64,000 nt of DNA from Magallana gigas (taxonomy: Eukaryota): contig NC_088859.1 in the NCBI RefSeq assembly GCF_963853765.1, forward strand, positions 45,756,001 through 45,820,000, written 5' to 3'. The position numbers and the translations under genes are program-made. This document shows positions 1 through 12,000 of this stretch, in pieces. The notes below the pieces were generated by a model, which did not search any database, was not told the DNA's origin, and was given only the letters and a program-made list of their open reading frames with translations. How positions within the stretch are numbered: position 1 is the stretch's first letter; the number at the start of each line of letters is the position of its first letter.

Positions 1-469
1 TTTATATGCCATCAAACAATCTGCAACATACATGTATCTTCAAATGTCTTAATATTTTGAGCAAGGATTCAACCACTTTTTCAATTAATCTTTGAATTTT
101 ATCACTGACAATTAATCTATCTTTATACCAAAGTTAAACTTGAATATTAAAGCTATCAAAAAATACTTAATACAAGTGAATATGACTATGCAATATACAT
201 GAGTAACACATCTTAATAGATCCCGTAATACACAATACAAAATTAACTTCTCTTCGGCCATTAAACTGAGCTCCAAAATATGACCAAAGAACCAAAATAG
301 TTCAAAATGACAGTGTCTAAAAAGATGCAATTAATAAAATATCAATCCAAATACATTTTGCAGCCCTGAGTTACATATTTCCATCAATGATCTTGAATAG
401 ATTCATATTACTAATAAAGTGGAACTACTTGAGCAGTTCTTTAGTCTAATTGATTCATCTGAAACTTAC

Positions 470-1241
470 TTTTTGGTAAAGTTTCCATTTGGCATTCAAG
501 GTTTCTAAAGATTCCAGGTTTTGTTTAAAGACAGCAAGGTCTGGTTGCAGGAATGATTGGCCGTATGACTGAAAAGGAAACCAAAAGCCATTGAAAGCAG
601 TGGAGTCTATATCAAAGATATACAATGTAGTCTTAAATCATAGCAACATCTTTCAATGGCCTTTCATTTGTTAGAGTTTAAATCACCAAATCAATGGTTT
701 TTTTTATAAATATACAGAAAAACATATGAAAAGTCATCATAGATACATCAAATAGACTATAAGATTTTTGTTTACCATTCCGCCTTCCTGTATCAATTCA
801 CTTGTTATGTAGTAGGTAACTAAGTATTACTTTTGAATATACATACAGTAGTTCTGAGTTACGAATTGAGGTCAACAGACCTCAGATGTCAGCATGCTAC
901 AAACCTGCATGATGGCAGTGAACTGTTGGGCGTTCTGGACATCCCCATTTCCATTCTGGGGGGACTGAGAATGTAAAGTCTTTAGGACACTTCCCTTGAA
1001 GAAATAACGCCAGTTGTTCATTATCAACTCATGGACTAGTCTATATAAACTTTGTTTAATATCAGGAGATGGACGCTGCAAGAAAAAAGAATAGCATGGA
1101 ATCATTTTTATGTTACGAACAATATGTAATAAAATTGGATGCAATAATAAAGGGTAGACAATAATTTTTAACATGTAATCATATTTATATGATTAAGCAC
1201 ATTTAAAACACAACATTCCTTTTTACACCTGCAAAAGATAA

Positions 1242-1278
<37 letters not shown>

Positions 1279-4200
1279 GAACAACAGGTATGATAAAGTC
1301 AGCTTAATGGAGTCATAATACAATCTGGACAATGTACATTAATACATGTAGATCCTGTATAAATAAAATCCATTTTTCCCCCTTGGAACTCGGATAGCCC
1401 TGATTGCTGCCAATATTTACAAGAGCAGACTTTAATCACCGCTCCTGCACATATATAGGGACTCAACGTTACGCAGGCAGGGATGACCGCACACCTACGC
1501 AACTCAACAGGTACAAACATTAACGCAAGCAGAGATAACGCAAGCAGGGATGACCGCACACTTGCGCCAACAGCTCAACCTAACGCAGGCGCCGCAATCA
1601 CCACCAATACAAGCAGGTATGACCGCACACTTGTATTAATGCGATACAGGGCAGAAATGACCACACATTCTGTATCGTTGGTTAGAAAAACACGAAGATT
1701 AGATAGACCAGGGATGTTAACACCCTCAATCTCTCCGTACCTGTTCAAGTTTAACCCCAAACAGTCGCTCGGTACAAAGCAATAGACACTGTCCCTATAT
1801 ATGTGCCGGCCTAAAATAATTCATAGTATCTAAAAATTGGAAATCAAAAATAAACAAACTAATCCAGCCTAACCCAAAACTACTTATGCAAAACAACTTA
1901 TATACATTGAATATTTATTATTGTATAAAAATAATCATCACAATAATTGGTTAACAGTGGATGCATTAATTAAAATAATCAAGAATCAATAAATCAAGGG
2001 CAATAACCCAAAACAGTAATACAAAAAGATTCTAATGAAAAAATAGCTGCCTGCTTCAATTTTATAGTCATATCACATGTTGAGTATTGCAGTTCTCAAA
2101 AAGATCCTTTACAATTGTTTATATATGGGATATTTTGCTACATCAAACTCTGAACCTTCTTGTGAGGCCGAAGAATTGTCCTGGAGCCAAAGTCTTAACA
2201 ATTATAAAGAATCATCTTGCTGATTAATTACTGGGGCAGTAAACAAAGGTGAGAAAAAGTCTGTAAATAAAACCCCAGAGACTGACCAAATAAAACAAAA
2301 AAAACTGGTTCAGCTGAATTTAAAGTCGGCGCCTTCATCAGTTAGAAATTTAGTGGTCTCGGACAAAAATCCCCCCAAGAAGCCTAGAACAAGCAGTAGT
2401 GATCAAACCCCAGACGGCGATTCAGACTTCATTACAACAATACAGGATAGTTTAGCAGAAATAAAGGAAACGATGGTGAAAAAATCCGACATTAAAGATA
2501 TAGTGACAGAAATAATAACTGGGCTCAAAAACGAGTTAAAAAAGGAAATAATTTCAGAAATAAAAAAAGATCTCACAAAATCAGTCACTGACCATGTCAA
2601 AACAGAGTTTGAAACCAAAATAGAGAAACAATACAAAGATTTCAACTCCAAAACAAAAGAAATCGAAGAGGGGTTCAATATGGATTTCGAAAGCCTTAAA
2701 GAAAAACTACATTCACAAACACGAGACATCAGAATCCTTCAAAGCTCTCTTAAAGACTGCCAAATAAAATCTGAATCTGCTATTGTCCTTTCAAATCAGA
2801 ATCAACAATATTCACAAAAAAACAACATAAAGTTTGTGAAATGGGCCGAAAAAACTAACGAAAATCTGCGCCATGATCTCTGCCACATTCTCAAGAATGC
2901 GATCAACCTTGACCTGGATCCTACCGATATTCTCGAAATCCACCGTATTCCGAACGGAAACCAGAGAGGACCCAGGCCAGTGATTGCTAAATTTCGAAAT
3001 TCCGAAAGTAAATTGAAGATCATTCGTAACAGGTCCAACAGCGAAATCAAAAAAGTGTTTACAATGCATGACCATTTGACACCAGCAAACGCCAAACTCA
3101 TACGTGATTTAAACAACGATGAACGTATCCAGACCGCATGGTATTATAACGGAAAGGTATTTGCACTTGACGAAGAGGGACAGCGGTACAAATTTGACAT
3201 CATGGACACAGTAAGTGATAAGTTGAAAAAACGGTAATAGCGGAGTCATTGTAAAATCAATTACCTCGGGATCGGTTTGACAAACTGAAAGTAGATCGGG
3301 ATCGGCTTTACCGGAAGTGACATTTACTGTTTACCTGTGTGTATGTGAGATGCTAGTGTGTGAAAGGAAATTAAAGCTAGGTGCGAGAGATTACTGTGTA
3401 TATGTTATTCAATCAGGTAGGGAGTTGCTTGTCTTGTTAATATTTACTGTAAATAATAGGTGATACTTTAAAAATTGCAAGGATTAACTGCCAGGGTTTA
3501 TCTACAATATCAAAGCGTATAGATGTTTTTGAATTTTATAGAAAAAAAGGTTATTCGATTTTATGTTTACAGGACACACATTTTATAACGGAAAGTGAAC
3601 CTATTATAGAATCACAGTGGGGATATCAGTGTATTTTTAACTCTTATAAGTCTAATGCGCGTGGGGTATGCGTATTGTTCAATAATAGTTTTGAGTTTCA
3701 TATCCACAATATTAAAAAAGATGGGGAAGGTAATTTCCTTGCTGTTGATCTTACCATAGAAGAAACCAGGGTTACTTGGTCCAAACTCTGACCAGCCAGG
3801 TTTTTATAAAAATATTAGAAATATATTTTTAGAATTGGATAATGAGTTTTTTATTTTATGTGGAGATTTCAATCTTGTTCTCAATCCAGATATAGATACC
3901 TACAACTATAAGTATATAAACAATCCAAAGGCTAGAGAAAAACTTTTAGAAATTATGGATGATTTGCAGATAGTGGATTACTACAGGGTCTTAAACCCAG
4001 GTAAAAAAATATATACATGGAGAAAAAAAACACCTTTAAAGCAAAGTCGCCTTGATTATATTTTGATTTCAAACAGTCTGTCTAATATAGTAGAAAATTT
4101 TGATATTAAATCAGGCTACAGATCTGACCATTCTATTGTTATTTTAGAACTAAAGTTTAACCCTTTTGAAAGAGGTAGGGGGCTTTGGAAATTTAATAGT

Positions 4201-7200
4201 AGTTTACTGACTGACATGGTTTTCATTGATAAGGTTAAAGAAACTATAGATAGAGTAAAGAGTCAGTATGCATACAATGCTGATATTCATACATTTTTCA
4301 GTAAGGATATAGACGACAGTATATTCCTAGAGGTGCTTCTCATGGAAATAAGGGGTCTTTCTATTTCATACTCATCTCATAAGAAAAAGGAAAGAGAGAA
4401 GATTGAAATCTCCCTAGTTAATGAAATAACATCCTTAGAATCTCAAGAACACATTAATTTTGAACTAATAGAACAAAAAAAATCAAATCTTGAAAATTTA
4501 AGAAAACACAAACTTCAAGGCCATTTCATAAGATCTCGAGCAAGATGGATCGAGCAGGGAGAAAAACCAACAAAATATTTTCTAAATTTGGAGTCTAGGA
4601 ATTTTCTGAACAAAACTATCAAAAAAGTGGAACTTGAAGAAGGGGAAATTATATACAAGCAATCGAATATATTGAATCACGTCAAAGAATTCTATGAAAA
4701 TCTATATACATGTGCTGATTCAGATTTAATAAATATTAACCTTGAAGAAATTATTAAAGTAGATATTCCTAAGTTAGAACCAGATATATCTAGCTCGTTA
4801 GAAGCTGAAATCTCTGAAAAAGAAGTTCTTGAGGTTCTAAAAAATATGAAAAATAACAAATCACCAGGTAGTGATGGTTTTACAGTTGAATTCTTTAAAT
4901 TCTTTTGGAAGGATCTAAAACTTTTTATCTTAAATGCAATCAACCTTATTTTTCTGAAAAAGGAACTTCCTATTTCCCAGAGATTGGGAATTATATCATG
5001 TTTACCAAAAGGTGACAAACCAAGACAGTATTTGAAAAACTGGAGACCCATCACTCTTCTGAATGTTCTCTATAAGCTTATATCAGGATGTATTAGTTAT
5101 CGAATTAAATCTACACTAGACTATATTATATCTGATACACAAACAGGCTTTCTTAAAGGAAGATATATTGGAGAAAATACTAGAATTATTTATGATTTAA
5201 TGTCATTCACTGAAAATGAAAACATACCAGGTCTTTTAGTTCTTATTGACTTTGAGAAAGCCTTCGATTCTGTTTCATGGTCCTTTATATACAAAGCTCT
5301 AGAATACTTTGGATTTGGAAATAATATTATAAATTGGATAAAGATTCTCAACAAAGATTTTAAGGCTTCTGTTTTACAATGTGGCTTCCTGTCAGAACAG
5401 TTTAAAATCCAAAGAGGATGTAGACAGGGTGACCCAGTAGCTCCTTACTTATTTTTGATATGTGCAGAAATTTTATCTATTCTCATAAAACAAAACTTTG
5501 ATATTAGAGGTATAATTGTTAATGGCAATGAACATAAGATTTCTCAGTATGCAGATGATACTTCACTCATCTTAGATGGTTCACCAATGTCACTTTTCGC
5601 AGCTCTTGATACTTTAGAATTTTTTTCACACATTTCAGGTTTGAAGATAAACAGCTCTAAAACAAAAATTGTATGGATAGGTTCTAAAAAATTTTCTAAT
5701 GAAGTTTTTCACCATTCACGTTGGAAACTTGATTGGGGCTCCACTTCTTTTAATTTACTTGGAATAGAATTTTCTGTCGACTTAGATAAAATGACATCAC
5801 TAAATTATAACAAACAACTGCCAAAAGTTTTTTCTCTAATTCAACAATGGAGGAGGAGAATTTTAACTCCCATTGGGCGCATCACGGTTGTAAAAAGTTT
5901 GATTATTCCAAAACTTAACCACCTGTTTATTTCACTTCCAAATCCAATACAAGATGTCATTCTATCTCTTAGTAAGAGCCTGTTCGAATTCATTTGGAAT
6001 TCAAAGTGTGATAAAGTTAAGAGAGAAATTGTTACTCTCGATTACCTAAAGGGTGGTTTAAAAATGGTTAACATTTCTAATTTCATGGCATCTCTTAAAT
6101 GTTCATGGATTAAGAAATTAACTCAAGGCTACAAACCATGGATGGACTTTTTTTTATCAATAAATGGTAATGATTTTGCAAAAAAACTTATTGATTTTGG
6201 TGATGATTTTCTATCATGCATGGTTGTTCAAAGAAACAATACTGTGGAATCATTAGATTTCGTGGTGGCTCAATTTTCGTGGATTTCGTGGGTACCTCTC
6301 ATCCACGAATTCACATCCTCCACGAATAATATATTAAGGTTATAAAGTCATATTTCGTTTTGTAGGTATAAGAAAATACACGAAATTACGTCCCCACGAA
6401 CCTATAAAATTTCAGCAATCCACGAAAATTGGCCCCCACGAAAATTAATGATTCCACAGTATTTTTTGGCAAGATGTTTTTAATTCTTGGCTATGCTATA
6501 CTAAGAAAATGATTAAAAGCTCATTAAATACCAAGAATGTTTTCAATATTCCTGTGTGGTACAACCCAAATATAAAAATTGCATGTAAATATGTATTTAT
6601 CAAAGATTGGTATATGAAAGGGGTTAAAATCATTGGAGATTTTATGAATGAAAATGGAAACATATTGTCAAGAATAGATTTTACTGAAAGATTCCATTTT
6701 TCATATATACCTCCAATGTTATATAATAGTGTTATATGTGCAATATCAAAATACTTGACATATTTGTCTATTGATAAGTCTACTTTGAAGAGAGACTGCA
6801 CTACATTTATGCCATTTTATTATGAGTCTATTTTTTTGAAAGAAAAAGTAACAAAGCATATATACATATGTTTAACCTTAAATGATTGTGTACCTACAGC
6901 TATCAACAAATGGAATGCTGAGCTATGTGATATTTTGCCAAATGATCTCTGTGTACATGATGTTTTTAAAATATGTTTTAGAACTACCAATGATTCAACT
7001 ATTAATTGGTTACAATATAGAATTCTCCATAGAATTCTTCCTGTTAAATATTATCTTAAGAAAATCAGAATTACTACCTCTGACTGCTGTACTTTCTGTA
7101 ATGATATGCCTGAAACTATAAAACATGTTTTTGCAACTTGCAAGAAAATCCAGTCTCTATGGAATGCACTTAGTATACTTATATATGAGAAATGCAACAA

Positions 7201-7729
7201 AAATGTTAATTTTGATGTTTGTAATGTATTATTTGGTGTTTATCCCCTTGTTTGGGAGAACAGAATTCTAAACTTTATAATCCTATATACAAAACAATAT
7301 ATATTTTTATGTTTAAAACAAAGTAAGAAGCCACATTTTTTAGGGCTTTTACACTATTTAAATCAAAGATACAAGACTGAAAAGTATATTTATATTCAGA
7401 AATCAGAAATTGATGAATTTGAAAAAGCATGGTCTCCTTGGATTGATTTTATTAATCATCTGGCAGTTTAGAATTAACATGTGTACAATAATGCATCAAT
7501 TTAATATTTTATGTTTTTTGTTTTTTTGGTATTCTGTTTTTTTTCTTTCTTTGTTTTTTTTGTCTGGTTTTTTTCACATGGATTGCAGTTTTACTGCATA
7601 GGCATAACTATCACAAGCAACTACCCTACTCTTTATTTTATAATACAATATGGGATGAAATGTGAGTATGTGAGAAGTGAGAGAGTAAATGTTTCATAAA
7701 ATGATTTATATATTTAACCTTTGTTTACA

Positions 7730-7768
<39 letters not shown>

Positions 7769-9021
7769 CTGAGAAGAAGATTTTTAAAGATTTACTCTTT
7801 ATTCCTATGTAAAACTTTAACACCCCCCCCCCCTATGTGGCCTCACCCTACCCCCAGGGGTCATGATTTTCACAACTTTGAATCTACACTACCTGAAGAT
7901 ACTTCCCACAAGTTTCAGCTTTCCTGGCTGTTTAGTTTCTGAGAAGAAGATTTTTAAAGATTTACTCTATATATTCCTATGTAAAATTTTAACACCCCCC
8001 CCCAATGTGGCCTCACCCTACCCCTAGGGATCATGATTTTCACAACTTTGAATCTACACTACCTGAGGATGCTTCCACACAAGTTTCAGCTTTCCTGGCT
8101 GATTAGTTTCTGAGAAGAAGATTTTTAAAGATTTACTCTATATATTCCTATGTAAAACTTCGACACTCCATTGTGGCCCCAACCTAACCCCAGGGGTCAT
8201 GATTTTCACAACTTTGAATCTACACTACCTGAGGATGCTTCCACACAAGTTTCAGCTTTCCTGGCTGATTAGTTTCTAAGAAGAAGATTTTTAAAGATTT
8301 ACTCTATATATTCCTATGTGAAACTTCGACCTCCCACTGTGGCCCCACCCTACCCCTGGGGGTCATGATTTTCACAAATTTGAATCTACACTACCTGAGG
8401 ATGCTTCCACACAAGTTTCAGCTTTCCTGGCTGATTAGTTTCTAAGAAGAAGATTTTTTAAAGATTTACTCTATATATACCTATGTAAAACTTCGACCCC
8501 CCATTGTGGCCCCACCCTACCACCGGGGGTCATGATTTTCACAACTTTGAATCTACACTACCTGAGGATGCTTCCACACAAGTTTCAGCTTTCCTGGCTG
8601 TTTAGTTTCTGAGAAGAAGATTTTTAAAGATTTACTCTATATATTCCTATGTAAAACTTCGACCCCCCATTGTGGCCCCACCCTACCCCCGGGGGTCATG
8701 ATTTTCACAACTTTGAATCTACACTACCTGAGGATGCTTCCACACAAGTTTCAGCTTTCCTGGCTTTCTGGTTCTTGAGAAGAAGATTTTTGAAAATTTC
8801 TCGAAATTTTTCATTAATTTCTAATTATCTCCCCTTGAAAACGGGTGTGACCCTTAATGTTCACAACTTTGAATCCCCTTTGCCTAAGGATGATTTGTGC
8901 CAAGTTTGGTTGAAATTGGCCTAGTAGTTCTTGAGAAGATGTTGAAAATGTGAAAAGTTTACGGACAGACGGACGGACGGACAGACGGACAGACGGACGA
9001 CAGACAAAATGTGATCAGAAT

Positions 9022-9059
<38 letters not shown>

Positions 9060-12000
9060 TAAACAATCTCCCTCAACACTACCAGGTTTCTCTCAATACA
9101 GATGTACATCTCTGTACAGGGGTCAATGACATCTCATCCAAACTTTTCAATGACACAAAAACTCATCAAAACAACTAGCTGCAGAACTGTAACTCCACAG
9201 GAAATTCAGATTGAAGGATCATGAAGCTACAGAACTGTAACTCCACAGGAAATTCAGATTGAAGGATCATGAAGCTACAGAACTGTAACTCCACAGGACA
9301 TTCAGATTGAAGGATCATGAAGCTACAGAACTGTAACTCCACAGGAAATTCAGATTGAAGGATCACGAAGCTACAGTTCCATATATACAAAAAACTGTAC
9401 ATTTATTTTACAGAAAAAGTTGCTCAAGGTTTTGGACTTATTAAATTTATTTCGATGATATTCTGTGAAAATTATAATTGTACGGATTGAACTGTAGATC
9501 CACAGTCGGTCAATCCAAATTTTCCGTGGAGATACAGTTCTGCAGCTACTAGACAACAAGTGGTAGAATGAACAACTTGTAGATATGACACCTAATTGAC
9601 ACAACAATTTACTGACACTCATTGCAAAATGAATAAAATTGTGACCTGTTTTTATCTTTATTGAAAAAACAAAATTGATAACATCAATAGGAGTTGTTAT
9701 GCTCAAAACCTTCAGGGATGGACATCAATGTCACCTGAGTTCTATTAGTTACCTGTATCATATCATTACAACTGGTAATTTACCTGTGCTATGATAGGGT
9801 GAATTTGATCCATTAATATCACACTCAGGTAAAAATACAATGAAACTGTACTAGCATCAGGTTCCGCAATCATAATTTTCTTTTTCCAACCAATACATTT
9901 CAATCATATCTTGAAACTGCATGTGACAATTTTAATATTGTCTTGTGTATGTGCAAAATTGGGATCAATTGCAGTATGTGAAAATATATATATATATATT
10001 ACTTTTGTTAACATGCATTTTGAAGTAAAAGATAGTGTTGTAATGTGACATTTAAACCAACTAATAACAAAGAATTTACCTGTGCTATGATAGGATAAAT
10101 CTGATCCATACATATAGATATCACATTGGGTAAGAATGCTTTAAAGGCAGACCCTGGTTCTTGTACAATCAGCTCCAAAATCTTCAGGAATCTATAACAA
10201 AAAAATTCATTTTGTTAAACAGATCACAATGCACAAACACATGTAACCCTATCCCCAAATATTGCAGATGTCTATAGTCTTACAGGACAACAAAAAATGC
10301 GCGTACAAAATAACTTAAGGAGAAGAATTTAAAATCAGTCTTTCCAGTAAACATCTACATGGATATATGGTGAAGTTTTTAAACAATTAATTTTATATGC
10401 ATTAATTTCAAGCTGCAATCTGCAAATCTTTTGGATGCAAAAATAATTCAACATATAGTACTCAATGTACAATGTTCAACATATACCGGTAGTACTCAAT
10501 GTACATGTACATACTTTTCAACCACTTTATGTGCAGCACTACTTTCATGGCAAATGCTTTCTGCTAGTTGTTCTCTGTAAAATATCAACAAATATTTGCA
10601 TTAAAGAAAGTTATTAATGGCAATGGAAATAATGCAGAATTTGTTAAAACAATTGTGTGTACAGTATTAAGATACATGTATCTGTGTGGAGTCATTTTAG
10701 ACAATATCTACCCCAAAACAACCTAAGAAATATTCTTATCATTATACTTGTACATGTATGTTCATCTTGATAAGTAGTATTACAAACAATTGAATTCTAA
10801 AAATAAAATGTCACCATTCTGCCAGAGAAAAAGATCTATTTTCACAAGGAATTTTAAACAATTGTAAGGAATGCTTTTCAAATATACATAAACTTAACTC
10901 AGGACATCAAATACAAGTACATGTATTATACACAATGAGATTCTTTGACATCTATGTAATGGTCTTTATTTTTTATCTTTTCGATCTGACTTTGGTAAAA
11001 CTGATTATTGAAATTGAAAAAATATGAGTCAGTTAAGATGTTACAACAACATACTGTGTGAAAAGAGTCATAAAAGTCTGTATGGTTTGTTCTGCAAAAG
11101 GAACTCCCATCTGAACCCGAAGCCCTTGGAACAAGGACAGGAAGAAACTCATCAAGGAGTCAACCACATCTATAAAGGTAAGAAAACCAATCGGTTTAAT
11201 ATCAAATTACAATTCAATACACAACACAACATTATTTCCTTATAATAACTGAAATTTTTTTCAATTCCTTACAAGCAAATTTTACTGTAAAAATATGCAT
11301 TCAAAACTTCTTTCACAGTCATTCTAAATTTCCCAATGACCTCACTTTTAACAATCACAATAATCAAATAAGAATAAGGGGAATTTCAAATGAGAAATTT
11401 GAATTTCCCTCTTCCTTGCATTGAATTCAATCACGTAATTTTATACTGAGAAAATAACAAACATCTCGCAAAAACTGAAATCAAGTTCTGCATCTAGTTA
11501 CATCACACCTACCTGGCTGATGCAAATAGACAGGAAATACAGCTAGCGCCACTTCAATGACTTCCTGTAGAGACCGATAACAGATTTGTTTACTTTTAAC
11601 CACCTCCCCGGCAACATTCTCTATCCAATCCTCAAAAATCTGCAAGGTCCTCTTTATCACAGATTTAGCTGAAATTTTGATTAGCCACAATAAAGATATT
11701 TCTAGATCCTAACACTGTACAGAAAAGAGTCATAAACACATCAATTGGCAAAAAGTGAAAACAATATCTCTGACATGTCTTATCAAGTCAAGTCATATGC
11801 AAAAAATATCAGGTGTGTAGGGTGAAAAAAATATATCCAGTATATTGTTTTTTCTAGGTATGGAGGGGCACTGAGCCATAAAATGAATATATCAAAATGG
11901 AATACTGGTTGTAAATTTTTATTATGAATATGTACCCTCCTCCAGCAATCCTTTGTTGGCTGCTAAAGCCCTGGGATTGCTAAGCTGAAGAAAATGCCTG

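Larger units (their letters stand above)
2230..7766 (+). mobile_element. Tx1/L1-clade non-LTR retrotransposon, probably slightly 5'-truncated, disabled
   Basis: ORF1, a ~220-bp spacer, ORF2 (EN-RT-zinc finger), a T-rich 3'UTR, then AATAAA running into a 35-nt poly(A) (7732-7766). It is inserted between GCTGATTA and TTCTGAGAAGAAG of a satellite-type unit. Confidence 0.92.
1244..9054. mobile_element. Non-autonomous Helentron (Helitron-like) with central satellite array, expanded by nested insertions, in an XPO6 intron
   Basis: Left end AACAAGAGGCCCATGGGCC..GCTCACCTGAG (1244-1278). Right end has a (GGAC/AGAC)n tract (8962-9005) and the hairpin AGCTCACTTGAGC-TTTCA-GCTCAGGTGAGCT (9022-9052), which shares the sub-terminal repeat with the left end. 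It contains the ~166-bp tandem array and is interrupted by the LINE at ~2230-7766. Confidence 0.8.

Noticed and set aside
112-330. 72-aa minus-strand ORF as the next XPO6 exon
   Set aside because: It has no similarity to the expected XPO6 C-terminal sequence; the remaining exons are presumably outside the window.
2403-3116. Antisense ORFs over LINE ORF1 (likewise 4692-5054, 45201-45461, 46725-47042)
   Set aside because: They are shadow ORFs of real coding sequence with no independent motifs.
7721-7942. Poly-lysine ORF
   Set aside because: It is the LINE poly(A) tail read into the satellite unit.
9183-9376. Regular repeats as a CRISPR array
   Set aside because: The units are contiguous with no unique spacers, there are no cas genes, and the context is a eukaryotic intron.
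9175-9402. 75-aa ORF with a 16-aa repeat
   Set aside because: It is a by-product of the 48-bp minisatellite, has no splice context, and XPO6 exon phases are complete without it.
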